Counted from the first letter of the stretch, positions 24,930 to 38,713 are shown. The stretch: DNA of 64,000 nucleotides from Rhina ancylostomus (GCA_030265395.1 JARFYF010000002.1:46399529-46463528), one strand, 5' to 3'. Program-made: numbers and translations. Notes: generated from the sequence alone by a model not told the origin.

Positions 24930-25695
24930 GGATATAAGCAGGACATGGCACATGGAATATGATGGAGAAAAATGTATGGTCATCCTCTTTGGTCAAAAAA
25001 ATAGAATGATGGAGTATGTTGGAAATGGTGAGAAATTGAAAAGTGTTGGTGCTCAGGGGCTAGCTGGGTGTCCTTGGACACAAATCAGATAACGTTAATG
25101 TGCATACTTAGCAAGCAACTAGGATGGAAAATCGTATGTTGCCCTTTATTGTGAGAAAAATAATAAGTACAAGAATAAAGACACCTTGCTTCAATTATAT
25201 AGAGCCCTGGTGAGACCACATCTAGAATATTGCGTACCTAAGGAAGAAACTTCTGCAATAAAAGGAGTGCAGCGAAAGTTCACCAGACTGATTCCTGGGA
25301 TGGCATTTTTGTTGTATAAGGAGTGATTAAACAGATCAGTCATGTACTTTGAGCTTAGAAGAATGGGAAGTGTTGTTGATGAAACATTCAAAATTATTGA
25401 GGGGTTGATAAGGAGCTGATGTTTCCCCTGGCTGAAGACTCTAGCACCGGGGGCTCAAGTCCCCAAATAAGGGGTCAGCCATTCAGAATAGAGATGAAAA
25501 TAAATGTCTTCACCCAGAAGGTGGTGAATCTTTGGAAATCACTACCCAGGGATCAACAGACTTTTAGATATTAAAAGAAGCAAGAGATATGAAGTAAGTG
25601 CAGGAAAGTGATACTGAGGTAAAAGATCAGCAACGATCTCATTGAATGGCAGAGCTGGCATGAGGAGCCAATCGCCTATTCCTTATGTTCTTACG
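24930..25695 (+). mobile_element. CR1 ORF2 3' fragment
   Basis: TWHMEYDGEKCMVILFG, LYRALVRPHLEYC, VQRKFTRLIPG motifs; ttatgttctta tail. Confidence 0.9.
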
Positions 25696-25874
25696 TGACC
25701 TCTCAAGGACATACTGAGACTCCATGAGCATTTACCATTCTGCTGCCAGACGAAATTGTGTTCTACCTTCTGATGCAAGGAACAGACAATTAGGCTAGTG
25801 AGTGCTTTGCAATGTGCTTAGGTATAATGCTGGTCATTGTTAAATAGTTGGCAGTATGTGGAAGCTGTGAGAGG

Positions 25875-26740
25875 TCATAGAGTTAAACAGCACAGAAACA
25901 GTCCCTTTGGCTCAACTTGTCCATGCTGACCAAAATGTCTTTCCCCGCTCATCCCATTTTCCTGAGTTTGGCCCATATCCCTCTATACATTTCCTACCCA
26001 TGTACCTACCTAAATGTCTTTCAGACGTTGTAATTGTACCCACATCTACAGCTTCCTCTGGTAGCTCGTCCATATACCCACCACCCTCTGTGTGTGAGAG
26101 TTTCCCCTCAGATCCCCTTATATCTCTCCCCGCTCACCTTAAATCAACATCCTCTGGTTTTAGACTACCCTACCCTGGAAAAAGATTGTGACCACCTANN
26201 NNNNNNNNNNNNNTTCATGATTTTACATACCTCTCTATAAGGTCACCCATCAGCCTCCTACATTCTCTCCCTTCTCACCTTAAACCTATGCCCTCAAGTT
26301 TTAGACACCCTCCCCTGGGTAAGACACTGTGACCATCCACCTTACTTCTGCCCTCATGATTTTATAAACCTCTATAAGGTTACCCCCTAACCTCCTTTGC
26401 CCTAGGGAAAAATATCCCAGCCTATCCAACCACTCCTTATAACCCAAGCCCTCCAATCCTAGTAACATCCTTGTGAATCTTTTGTGCACCCTTACCAGCT
26501 TAATGACATTCTTCCTATAGCTGGGTGACAAGAATGGTGCACAAAGCTCCAAGTGTGGTCTCAACAATGACTTGTACAGTTGCCACATGACATCCCAACT
26601 CCTGCACTCAATGCACTGACTGACCAATGAAGGCAAGCTTGCCAAATGCTTTCTTCACCACACTGTCTATCTGTATCACCACTTTCAGGGATCTATATAC
26701 CTGTAACCCAAGGTCTCTCTTTTCTACAACTCTGTGGATG
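25875..26740 (-). mobile_element. Two tandem or nested CR1 3' fragments
   Basis: QLYKSLLRPHLELCAPFLSPSYRKNVIKLVRVHKRFTRMLLGLEGLGYKEWLDRLG. Confidence 0.92.
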
Positions 26741-27395
26741 CAAGTCCCGTAGTAGTTATAAGTGTTTGAGGGCACGATGGGTTGTATATATATTGGGAAA
26801 GAGACCTGATTGTTGGAGATTGTTAGTAGGTGAGTGAGTGTAGTGGAAAGGGCAGTGTGTGTAGTTAGTGGTGTAGGTGATAGATAATGTGATTTGATGA
26901 CCTCTTCACTGACTTTGACAATGTGTGTGAACTCATTTCACATTTTGCAGCATGATGTTTATGTCTTTAGGATCTTCATTATATAAACCACAAATATGAC
27001 CTCCTCCCATTACCCATTGACCATCTATCTGGAGAACATCCTGGACCCCTGCAGGTCACAGACTTCCCTCTTCTCCTCCACCAAGCCACCAGGAGCTGTG
27101 TTGGAAAATTGGAAGTTGGAGCACCCAATCTCATCTCTGCTCTGTCGGCAGCAATCTCCTAAATCCTGCAGTAACGGCAGGCAGTGAGCACCAGACCTTC
27201 AGAAGGATTGAGCAATACTTTAACCAGCATTAACCAGATTCATCTGCTGCCAACTTCTCATAACATTGAATTCTGTGGTTAAGTGCTAAGGCAATAAACA
27301 GCGCTAACAGCAGGGCTTGGACCACAATCCTGATAATGAGATGAAGCATTAATTTAATTTGCATCTTGCATCAGATCAAACAGTTATGGTCTTAC

Positions 27396-27771
27396 TTGTT
27401 ATTCCCATACATGTTTACAAATGAGATCCAATTTTTCACCATACCTCTCTTTTAAGTCCTCATTGAAGTTGAATGCATAGATATCCGACATTATATTTAA
27501 CATCATTGTGCAGCTTCCAAATGCTGTAACCTTTCATCATTGCCAGTCAGTAATAAACAATGCTCTTTAAGAATCCTCATTCATTTCTCAGCCTGTGTAA
27601 TGTAATTTCCATCTTTCATCTACAATTGCCATACTTGACAGTGAGAATCCATTCCATTGCATATGATACAGCATTTGTCAAAACACATCATTGCACATGC
27701 TGTAAATCTAGAAGGTCTTAATAAGCTATAAATTGTCATAAAGCAAATATCTGAAACATCCATTGAGACAT
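27396..27771 (-). pseudogene. Putative pseudo-exon (376 nt)
   Basis: ttccccattcctctggatag|ATGT...CAA|gtaaga; continues the upstream exon in phase (R)CLNGCFRYLLYDNL...VDERWKLHYTG...RALFITDWQ...DIYAFNFNEDLKERYGEKLDLICKHVWE; 8 stops, so frame evidence is weak. Confidence 0.35.
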
Positions 27772-28029
27772 CTATCCAGAGGAATGGGGAATAATTTATG
27801 CTTTGTGAAAGAACTGCATTCTTTCCAGGAATTAACCACTGAACTGATTATTGGTCAACATAAACTGTATCATTGTAGTTTGTGTATGTGACGAAGGGCA
27901 AAAGAAAGTTACAAGTGATTTGAAAGGAATTCAACTAAAAGATCATAATCCCACCAGTCTTTAATTTTTAGGCCTGACCTTTCTTCCCGACTGCTCCAAG
28001 AAATAAACAATTAAGTAGTGAGGTCTGTT

Positions 28030-28240
28030 CATGTTAGATTTTACCAAGATGATTCCAGGAATGAGGAACTTTAGTTGTATGGAGAGACTAGATAAACTGA
28101 GATTGTTCTCTGTGGAACCGAAGAATTTGCAAGGGAATCTGATAGAGGTTAGGGTCTGGAATGCACAATGGTGGAAGATTCAATTATAGCTGGATAAGTA
28201 TTCAAAAGGAAAGAATTGCAGGACAATGGGAAGAGCCAGG
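28030..28240 (+). mobile_element. CR1 fragment
   Basis: agattttaccaagatgattccaggaatgagg...gagagactagataaactg (FTKMIPGMR...ERLDKL). Confidence 0.75.
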
Positions 28241-28249
28241 AGTAATTTT

Positions 28250-30085
28250 AGAGTTATAGAACAATACAGCATGGATACAGGCCCTTTGGCCCAATGAGTT
28301 CATGCCGACCATGGTGCCCACCCAGCTAGCCCCAATTGTCTGCATTCTGCCCGTATCCCTCCAGATCCCACCCCTGCATGTACCTATCCAAATGCTGCTT
28401 AAATGATACTGTTGTACCCACCTCAACCACATCCTCTAGCAGCTCGTTCCATATACTCACCACCCTCTGTGTGAAAAAATTTCCCCTCGGTTCCCTTTTA
28501 AATTTTCCCCCTCTCACCCTAAACCTATGCCCCCCTAGTTCTGGTCTCCCCTACCCTGGGAAAAACACTGTTACCATCCACCGTATCTCATAATTTTAAA
28601 TACCTCTATAATGTCATCCCTCATTCTCCCACATTCCAAGGAATAAAGACCTAGACTGGCCAACCTTTCCCTATAACTCAGGCCCTTTAGTCCTGGCAAC
28701 ATCCTCATAAATATTGTCTGTATTCTTTCCAGTTTAGCCGTATCTTTCATATGACAGGGTGATCAAAACTGTACACAGTACTCCAAGTACAGCCTCACCA
28801 ACAACTTATACAACTGCAACATAATGTCCCAACTCTTAAACTCAATGCCCTGACTGATGAAGGCCAGCACGCTAAATACCTTTTTCACCACCCTGTGACA
28901 CCACTTTCAACAAGTTATGCACTTGTACTCCTAGGTCCCTCTGTTCCATTACACTCCCTATTGCTCTACCATTCATAGTATAAGTCCGATGCCTTGTTCA
29001 TTCACATCCAGGTCATTTATACTGTATAAATAGCAAATAACAAGGGTCCCAACACCGACCCCTGTGGCACACCACTAGTCACCAGACCCCATTCTGAGAA
29101 TCAACTTTCAACCACCGCCCTCCGTTTCCTACCTCCGAGCCAATTTTGAATTTATCTAACTAGCTGTTCCTGGATTCCATGGGACCTAACCTTTCAGACC
29201 AGCCTACCATGCGGGGCTTTGCTGAAGGCCTTGCTAAAGTCCAAATACACAACCTCCACTGCCCTACCCTCATCTACCCTTTTGGTTACTTCTTCAAACA
29301 ACTCTAAGAGATTCATTAAGCATGATTTCCATGCACAAAGCCATGCTGACTCTTCCCAATCAGACTCTGCCTATCCAAATGCTGGTAGATCCTGTCCCTC
29401 AGAATTCCCTCTAGTACCTTTCCCACCACTGATGTCAGGCTGACCAGACTATAGTTCCCTGGCTTGTCCTTGCTACCCTTCTTAAACAACGGAGCAACAT
29501 TTTTTCCTTTCCAGGAACTTCACCAGTGGCTAACAATGAAGCAAATATCTCCGCAAGGGCCCCCGCAATTTCTATTCTAGACTCCTACAAGGTCCGAGGA
29601 TACACTCAGTCAGGCCCTGGGGATTTATCTACCTTCATGCACTGTAAGACCGCAAATACATCCTCCCCAGTAATATGATTGTTCTCCAAAACATCTGTTT
29701 CTCTTATCTCTTGAGCAACCATGATTTTCTTGTCAGTAAGCACCAAGGAGAAATATTCCACTGATTTCCTGCAGCTCGAGACAAAGGCACCCCTGCTGAT
29801 CTCTAAGGGGACCTACTCTCTTCTTAGCTGACCTTTTACTCTTAATATAGCTATAAAAACTCTTGGGATTTTCCTTAATCTTATCTGCCAGATCCATCTC
29901 ATACCCTCCCTTTACCATCCTGATTTCCCTCTTGTGTATTCTCAGTCTTTTTATCATCATCAAGGTATTCGCTTGTCCCAAACTCCCAAACCCAATGCAT
30001 GCTTCCTTTGTTTTCCTGACCAGAGCCTCACGATCTTTCATCAACCATGGTTCCCTAAACTTGCCAGGTTTACCCTTCACCCTTT
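28250..30085 (-). mobile_element. Largest CR1 LINE copy (~1.8 kb, internally deleted)
   Basis: EPWLMKD...YEMDLADKIKENPKSFYSYIKSKR, KSPGPE, DFSKAF, GVPQGSVLGPLLF and NFFTQRVVSIWN motifs. Confidence 0.95.
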
Positions 30086-30549
30086 ACCATTTATGTCTTT
30101 GCACAATACTGCTGCTGCAAAACAACAAATTTCAAGTCATTTAAGTCGGTGATNNNNNNNNNNNNNNNNNNNNNNNNAGTTGCATACATCCAGTACAGAT
30201 TTGACAAAGCAAATACCTTCCTTCTTGCTGTAGCCCAGCTGTGATTCTGTTTCATTGATCAAGGCAGGGTCTTCTAGGAAGTGTTTGACTGACAGTGACA
30301 TTAAGGCACTGCAGACCCAAGATGAAGGCAGCCAACTGACTTGTCAAATACACAGAAAACCGCATAAGGCACAGAGGAATAGGAAAGTGAGGCTGAATGG
30401 TAGTAGATAATTTGTTATGGAATATAAGCATCGACACAGACTAATTGGGTCTAATGCCTTGTGCTATATAATCTAATTATATAAAATCTTGCAGGAACAT
30501 GTGAGTCAGTTGTTTACTAACTACTGCAACGGAATAATGTGGGAAAAGC

Positions 30550-31330
30550 TGGAAAGCATACAACTGCAGGCAAGGAAATGGCTGAGCCACAAAGGAGTAA
30601 ATCACAGGTTGGACTCCGAATTACAAGTCGAGTGAGAGTGAAGGAGATCTGGACATTACAGTGCTAGGAGTGATAACTGCTTATAGGTCCCTTTCAGTGC
30701 ACAGGCCACAGTGAAAGCAATTAGTATTTTAGGATATATAGCTGGGATGATAAAATATAAAACAAGCAGTATCATGATGTATTGCACAAAATTTTGATTA
30801 GGCCTCAACTAGAGCACTAAGCCCAGTTCTGTTCCTTTCACACGATGGGAGATGTAGAGATGGTAGAAAAGGTTCAAAGGAAGTCCACTAGATTACTATC
30901 TGGTTTACAGAAAACTTTAGTCATCATTATAAATTCAGTTGGAAGAAAAAGAGGCCATGTGTACAAACTACATAAACAATAAGCATGATACTTGCTTAGG
31001 TGCCTGGAGAATTTTCTTGGAGAAAATGTTGAAATAAGTTGTTGGCTGCTGTTGCAGGTACAGATTTGATGCAAATGGGAACTGAATGTCTTTCCAGAGG
31101 AGGCTAACATCACTGCACATGAATGTTGAGTGGAATTTGGATGATTTAGAAGATAGTCTTCTAGATCATCTTTCAGAATTGGTGTGGAGTTTTCCTGAAT
31201 TTATTATTCCCTTGAATTAGTTTGGGGTTTTTATGACTTTTTTCCAGGTATGGGGAATTTAGGAGATTTTACAAAGCAGTAGAGTGTGACAGACATGATG
31301 GACAAGTTGATTTTCCTATGTTTTTCACAT
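30550..31330 (+). mobile_element. Old CR1 fragment
   Basis: gagtgaaggagatctgg, ttgattaggcctcaactagagcact (LIRPQLE), gaaaaggttcaaagg motifs. Confidence 0.65.
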
Positions 31331-31502
31331 GTTGTGTATTTGTGAGTAAACAGATACAACCATATTGAACATTTCTATGCCCCTCACATTCCAGTGGAGT
31401 GGGAATGGATGAATCTTCAAATAGTTAACTGAAGCCTCCCTGCTGCTTTAATGTCTATGCTCACTTAAACTAAAACAGCAGAAAGGATTTTCAGACAATC
31501 AC

Positions 31503-31722
31503 CTAAAGCATTTATTCACTGATAATGTAAGTGTAATTTCAGGGCTCAGGTCTTTTGGTGAATATTAATTCTGGAATAATGATATCTCGTTCCATTTTTT
31601 GGACAGCATTTTTTTAACTCCCAGTTTATGCTACTTTTGAAAGCTCATCCCAACAAGTTGAGGTAACTTCAGATTCATCAGCAGAAGTGATATTTGTTGT
31701 TGAACTATCCAGAAATAATGGG
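31503..31722 (-). pseudogene. Putative pseudo-exon (220 nt)
   Basis: gttttctag|CCCATT...TTTAG|gtgatt; phase 1->2 frame HYFWIVQQQISLLLMNLKLPQLVGMSFQK*HKLGVKKMLSKKWNEISLFQN*YSPKDLSPEITLTLSVNKCF, 2 stops in 72 codons. Confidence 0.45.
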
Positions 31723-31785
31723 CTAGAAAACATTGCCAGAGGTGAGCTGCCTCACCATGTTGCTGACAATCCACTCCTAAAGGTC

Positions 31786-32096
31786 ATTCTCCCTTCGCCC
31801 CTCTCCCATTAGGCAGAAGATACAGGAGCCTGAGGGCACATACTACCAGGCTCAAGGACCGCTTCTATTCCACCGTGATAAGACTCTGCCCTCACAATTT
31901 ACCTTATGACCTTACACCTTATTGTCTACNNNNNNNNNNTATTATTGTTTTTACCTGTACTACCTCAATGCACTCTGTACTAACTCAATGTATCTGCACT
32001 GTGTAACAAATTGATCTGTATGAACGATATGCAAGACAAGTTTTTCACTGTACCTCAGTACAAATGACAATAATAAACCAATACCAATACCAATAC
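31786..32096 (+). mobile_element. Rex1/Babar 3' end with (CCAATA)n tail
   Basis: ggcagaagatacaggagcctgagggcacatactaccaggctcaaggac (GRRYRSL...TTRLKD); matches 56990-57331. Confidence 0.85.
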
Positions 32097-33150
32097 CTCC
32101 ATCTCTGTGGTTTCTGAGGTGGCTAATAAGCCCAAAGTGGGACCCAAAGACCGTCAAATGTTGGTCAGGAGGCAGTTGAAGTGACCAGTGAATAGGTGAT
32201 TTGTGAAGTGATACGCTGCATCCACTTTTTACACCAGCCTTCTGTGTCCTCCCAAGGTCTAGTCTCGAAGTTCTCAATTCCATCTCAAATCCTTCTTTTC
32301 TATTTTGTGTTATCATGAGCCAAGGATTTGCAGGAGTTTCTGGGACTGTTAAGGATGTTCCAAGGAGGCTTTGAGAGCATCACTGAATCTTTTCATCTGA
32401 CAGATAGACTTTGGTGCATGCAACCAACATGGGCAATACTCAGAATCAAGTGAGTGTATTTAGTACCTCAGTGGAGATGCTGCAACAAGAAGTTAAAGTT
32501 GGTTCCCTTATCTGACAATGGACTTAGAAGACTTTAGCAGAGGCAGTACTAGTGTGCTCTCTCACCAGTGCTTTGAGGTGCCTACAATGAGTAGTCCAAC
32601 TCTCAGAAGCATACAGGAAGGCATGGTTCACTGCTGTCTGGTAGACCATGAGCGTTTTTACCAGGTTAGAGGATGATTTTCAAACACTCATTTCCTCCTT
32701 TGGCCAAAGTCTATGTTGGCACTGAAGGCAATGAGGAATTTCATCATCGATGTTAGCCTTGGCTGAGAGAGGGCTCCTGAGATATGTAAATCAATTCATA
32801 TTTTCTGGGGTGACATTATTGTCATTAATTGTTGGAGGCTAGTGGGGGCAGGGTGGAATAGGACCTTTTTTTTAAATGTTAAATGTAAGGACCATTCTCT
32901 CATAACCTTCATTTAACAATGACTTGAAGCTTGGAATCCAAGTCTCTTCCTCTTGTAGAACTCATATAGAACATCTACATAAGGAGCCTGCTGTTGGGCA
33001 AGCAAATGATATGACATGACATGCCCAGCTGACGTTCACATACATGGCAAGTAAAACTTATCTCTTATGGATTCATCATTATGAAATTGTTCTCCAAAGT
33101 CATTCCGATCCCAGATGGTGAGGTCCTATGTAGCAGCAGAGTCTTGTTTG
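32097..33150 (-). mobile_element. RTE-clade LINE fragment
   Basis: C-terminal zinc-finger remnant VFGSHFGLISHLRNH; homologous to 46700-47260. Confidence 0.7.
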
Positions 33151-36005
33151 ATGTAAGGCCACCATGTGGAGTGGTCGGAGCAAATCCCACCCACAAAACA
33201 GCTGAAAAAATACACTGGCTTAGCCAGCTGTTAAACTCATCAAAACCTAGAATGTTGACATTCAAAAACACTCAAAATCAGATAATAATCAATGAAATAA
33301 TTACAAAATGTTAAAAGTTATAAATATTTTAAAATAGTAAATTGAAAACAATTAAGAATGCAAAGAATTAGAAAACGTTAAACTAAACTCAATTGAAAAA
33401 ATGTAAATTAGCTAATCTTTACCAATATGCCTCTCAAATTTGCTTCCAGTGAAATGAATAGACTCACTTTCTCAGTAACAGGTTTAACCTGGTTCATGTT
33501 CAGCAGACATTTCCTCAACCTACTGAAGAATTACTGCAAGTTCAAGCTTCATTGCTGGAATGCACAAATTCAACAATAGATTATGGATAGTAAATTGCTG
33601 CAAATAGCAACTAACAAATTCAGGAATTTCACTTTCATGGGATATCACTGAATCTGAATTGATCTAAATCATTTCTTAAGAATATTTGGGTACCTCAAGA
33701 GAAAGACCTAAATCAATTAAAGATATTATTTTTTCTACTTCTCTGTTCCAGAATAGTGTTGACAGTAAGCATTTCTCTTTAAGAATACAGTGCATTGACT
33801 TGTTTGTTTTTTTTTCCTTTAATCCATTTTATTTTTATTGTGTTATAATAACAGCAGTTTCACAAAGTTCATGTAGTTAAGCCAACAGAGGTTCATTAAA
33901 AGGTTCCAGACATTGGGCAAGACATTTCCAAACTAATATGGTTACACAAAACATACAAGACTGGCAAAATGACAAGATGACTCAAAACAGGTTTCAGTTA
34001 AGCAACATTCATTTCAGGAAACATTTCACAAGGTGACAAGAAGCTTGGTTACACAGAGAATGTGGCACAAATATTTTGGATAAAGGCCTGGTGCATTTTA
34101 TGGACCCTATTTTTTTTGCCTCACGATATGATAAGCTTTGTAACATGCCTCCCCCCACCCTACTTATCTCCAAAAATCAGGAGTATGACGGCTGGTCTGG
34201 GACATTCAGTTGATTAAAATAAACCTCCTTGTTACTCTAAGGCCCTCCAGGAATAGTAACATTTTACAGCCGAGCCAGCTGAAGTCATGCGACTGTGTAG
34301 AGAGCATAGACGATGCTGAACTGTTATTTGAAAGTCTCCCCCTACATAGACTTAAAAACTCATTACTCACTGTCATTTGCCCACAAAAGCCTCACATTTT
34401 ACTGGAATCAGCAAAAGTTGTAGGAATGGTTGAAATAATCATCAATTTTAAATTACTGTTAGAAGCAGCATTGGTGGAGAATTCAGCTGTATTGAAATAG
34501 TTCCAATAAATTATATCTTTGCTCACATTTGAAACTATAATCAATTAGGCTGTTTCTTATGTTTGCAGGACTTATTTATATTAATTAAATACAACTGAGT
34601 AAGAACTCCATCAATGATTATTTGCTCTGCCTGCTGTAACTCTGTCTTCCACTCACTGCCTCCCTCAATGTCTTGCATGCAACATTTGTAATTACTGTGA
34701 CTTTATTGAATGACCCTTTACTTTTAAAACAAAATAGAAGTAAGAAAATGAATAAAAAATCAACTTTAAATAATAAGCTGTGGCCTGGAAAATATTCTGT
34801 ACTATGCTCCAAGTTGATAGCAGTGCAAATGAATCACATATAATCAGATTATCAATGCCAACTTTGATCATATCATAACTCTTCAGCAATGTTAACAGGA
34901 ATAGAACTACAAATGTAATAATCAGCAAAACACAATGACAGACCCACAGCAAACAAAATTAATAATGACATTTCAATGGCAGAAATTTAAATAATTATGT
35001 ATTTTTGCGTAAACTCGATGCAAGCTATATGTAACCTGTGAAAGTCATTTTACTTCCCATTAATGGTGTACTTAGAGTTAATCGTCAAATTAATTTAGAC
35101 CATTAGTTGCAACTATGAACAATAGCAATGTAACTTATATCATTAGGACCTTCATCAGGAATTGACAAAGAACCTTCAACCTGTAATGTTAACTGTTTCT
35201 CTCTCCACAGATGTTGCTTGAACTGCTGAGCATTCCAGCGTTTTCTATTTTAATTGGAGATCATTGGTAAGCTTTTTGATCATTGCCTAGTTGATCAAGG
35301 CTTAACCAATAAAGCAATGACCCACCAGATTACCTGGAACCAAGGAGAAAATTTTGGTTCGGGTGACAGATCTACTTCCATTGGTCTGCTGATGTTTGAT
35401 CAACATCAGTGCCTGGACTACTGCAGACCTGAAGAGCTCAGCAAGAAAATGACCACATCTGCGATGGAGAGTAGACCTGTTTCCATATTTTCATCAGCCT
35501 GGTTCTGCCTCAATCTCAGTAATGAGCTGCCTACCTTCTCCCAAGGAGGATATTCATACATTGGTTAAAAGGCTAATAGCATTAGTTTGTCAGCATATTT
35601 GCAGCAGCTGTTCAAATCTCCACATGTGGATGACCACTGTCCTCCTGAACATGGTATAAGTTCACACAATGTGATGATTTCAAGGAACCCAATTATGATG
35701 GGCAGTGCGACCTAGACAAAGGTGCTGCATTCTTGCCTCGCTTTTGGTTTAACACTAACAATTAAATATCAGCAAGAAATCAAAAGATGTAGTATTATAG
35801 GTAAGGAGCCTGATATTAAATAGTAGTTTATCATAAAATACAATAAAATAATTGTTTCAGTTATGTACATAGGTAAATACAACAGAAAATCTGTACCCAG
35901 CAATGCTGCACAAATCACAAAGATTTTGGCCATATCTTTTCTCATGAGCTGAATGTTGGGTAGTGCAACATAATGACATATGAAGTGCTCTGCAATTACA
36001 GTCTA

Positions 36006-36232
36006 GGCTACTCATACAGCACCTCTCAAACCCACAACCTCTACTAGCAAGAAGGATCAGGACAGCACATCCTCAGGATCCCCTCCAAGTTGTAGGCCAT
36101 CCTAACTTGGAAATATATCACCAGCCCTGCACTGACACTGGGTCTAGAACACCCTGGTCAATAGCACTGTCAGAATACTTTCTGGCAATAAAGGCAGGCA
36201 TGGCCAATGATATTCCCATTTCAAAAATGAAT
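36006..36232 (+). mobile_element. CR1/L2-group LINE 3' tail
   Basis: cccctccaagtt...ccatcctaacttggaaatatatc...ggcaataaaggc shared with 21690-21900. Confidence 0.65.
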
Positions 36233-37084
36233 GTGGAAACTCCCTGGATGATGATGCCTTTCAACTGGAACAGGCAGACAGATCTTTGGCTTATTGTCTC
36301 AGCTGAATGGTGGCACAATCATTTCACCCGTGCTCAAGAACCATTGCGTCGACTTTGCTCAATGTAAATGGAACCTGTTCACTGAGGGAGTTTCAGTTGT
36401 CTGTGTTAAGCAGTGGTCAACCTGGGCTATGATTTGAAATAATCTGTGGCCTTCTAGTGCAGTAATACCGTAAAACAGACAGGACTAAGATAAAAGTCTG
36501 TAAATTATGGCCAGATATGAATGTGTCTGGTTTAAAAGAGGACAGAAGGATTTTTAAATGTTTGTCGTTTCAGCTGGAATCAATGCTTTGATTTGAGCAG
36601 GTGACTTCCACCATTCAACCCACTTTCCTGTTCAGCTATATGTTCCCAATGCACACATCCATAGTTCTGGAGACATCCTTTAGGATTGTTTCAATTTAAG
36701 AGCCAACCCTAGTGGTGCTGGTCTGAAGACTGATCATGATTTCAATAAGCAGTAAGGCTTATTTATCGCCAATGCTGCCAACTTGAAGCGCAACCCTCCA
36801 TATAATGCCCTCATTAACTTGGCATGGTTGAACATCATGCAGAATCTGGAAAGACCACACAAACCATCCACCTGACCCCAACACCAACTGAAGTGACCAT
36901 CAACCACTTCCAAGTTTGTTGCTGATTGAATTCGACTGGCTGTTTCCGTAATTCCCTCAGGGTCTGGCACTTCCTAGCATTCTCTGAAGTTTAAAACAAA
37001 ATCTCTGCAGATAGTGCTGTCGAGGACTTTTTCCTGAGATCAAACCAGTTGTTGCCCTCAGAGTACAGCCCAGCAAGATAATGA

Positions 37085-37490
37085 GCAGGCAGCTGGGAGG
37101 AGGCCGTGGGGGGGGCGGTGGGGGGAAGGAGGATAAGGGGGAAGAGAAACAGGAGGTGAATAGGGAAGAGAAAGAGGAAGGGGAAGAGAAGAAGGGGATA
37201 AGGAGTAGGGAGAGGTGTAAGAGGAGGATAATGAGGGGAAGAGAAATGGGAGGGGAAAGAGAAGAAGGAGAGGGGAAGAGGGAAGGGATAAGAGGAGAAA
37301 GGGAGAATTGTAGGAGGTCGAGGAGGGGTCAGTGAAAGGGTCGGAGCCATGAGGAGAAGGGGAGAGGTAAGCGAGACGGGGAGGGGNNNNNNNNNNNNNN
37401 NNNNNNNNNNNNNNNNNNNNNNNNNNNNNNNNNNNNNNNNNNCCGGGGGGGGGGTAAGGGGAAGAGAAGTGGGAGACTTAAAGGGAGAAG
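37085..37490. repeat. Purine-rich (G/A) low-complexity tract spanning a gap
   Basis: Almost exclusively G and A on the plus strand; source of the Pro/Leu- and Gly/Glu-rich ORFs. Confidence 0.9.
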
Positions 37491-38649
37491 GGCTGCTGGC
37501 ACTCGGGCTATGGCCCATGTGTCGATGGTCTTCAGGGAACAATAGTCCCACCTGAATCTTAACAAAGAACAGAGCACAAGAAATCTGCCACCTGCTCCAG
37601 CCATGGAGCATCTGTTCTTTAAAAGCCCCAAGCTGGATTTTAGTTGGACCGTCTAACATTAAGTAGTTCCAGCCCCTCATATTTCTGGGTGTCTATTACA
37701 GTGAGCATCCATGATTAGTGATGATGCACACTTATCATATTAATTAGTAGCCAATATAAATGTTGGCACGTTGTCTGTGTTAGAAACTTAGCTGTGAGTT
37801 AATCCTGCACCAACACCCTAATGTCCATTTTAAGGCATTGTGCAATTTATTTTCCATTGAAACAAAAGTATTTCTAAGCCAAATTTAAACTGTTTGTTAC
37901 TTAAAAGTTGTTCCAATCAGTTAAAGAACCAGGATGCAAAGACCACAATTCGTTTGGCATGCACCTTTATTTAATATTTAATTTCAAAATAACGTGCAAA
38001 CTTGAGGAAATTTCTCCAACCTGATCAAAAGACAAATGGTGAAATATCTATGAAATTGATAACTATTTTGCTTTGAGGAAATGTAGCAGTACAAAGACCT
38101 TACAATGCACATTGTTAAAGGCCATTCATCTGAGCTTAGTCAACTTCTATTAAGTGCCATACAGGAGTAAACTGCTTTCACATCTTGAGCAAAGGAAATT
38201 TAAAGAAAACAGAAAAGTGAAAATTGTTGCATGAAATAAATAGTTCCGAGAAAGTCAAGATCATTTACACACTTTTTATCTTAAACTAGTGTTTTGAACG
38301 AACAGGAAAGTAAGTTCAGCTAAATTGCTACGGTAACAGAAGCTGCATGATATCCAGTATCGTATTTTATTTACAGTTTTCTAGATATTTTGCTGTGGTG
38401 GGTGCAGGAAGTGTACTTTATTTAACCATTTATTTATGAGGAAATGCTTTGAATCTTTCACCATTTTAATAAGTTCCACATTTAGTTGTCCATTTTGACT
38501 TCCTGTTGGCTTATGTCATAACTGCAAAGCCCCTCACATTAATTTATTGCTAATTTTTAATAATCAGAGTAAAATTGACATCTTCTGTGAACTCTCTGTT
38601 GCAAATAATTAATCTGTGAAATGGATAACATTTTTATCAAGAAACATAT

Positions 38650-38713
38650 TGTCATGGTTCTGAGTTCTGGTCCTCAATTTGGCTCCATTAATGCCTTGTT
38701 GTCCAGCACATGG
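38650..38713 (+). mobile_element. 5' end of the TGTCA-start LTR-like repeat, running into a gap
   Basis: Near-identical to 58258-58321. Confidence 0.75.

Larger units (their letters stand above)
5760..31722 (-). pseudogene. Candidate decayed multi-exon protein-coding gene (unidentified family)
   Basis: At least 10 minus-strand non-repeat segments with polypyrimidine-AG and GT(R)AG-type boundaries. Several junctions are phase-compatible (31503->27771, 21044->19766, 11845->11574->10115). Translations are protein-like but contain stops, frameshifts, mutated acceptors and LINE insertions. No homolog recognised. Confidence 0.5.

Noticed and set aside
36991-37680. 229-aa Pro/Leu-rich ORF
   Set aside because: Low-complexity purine tract spanning a gap
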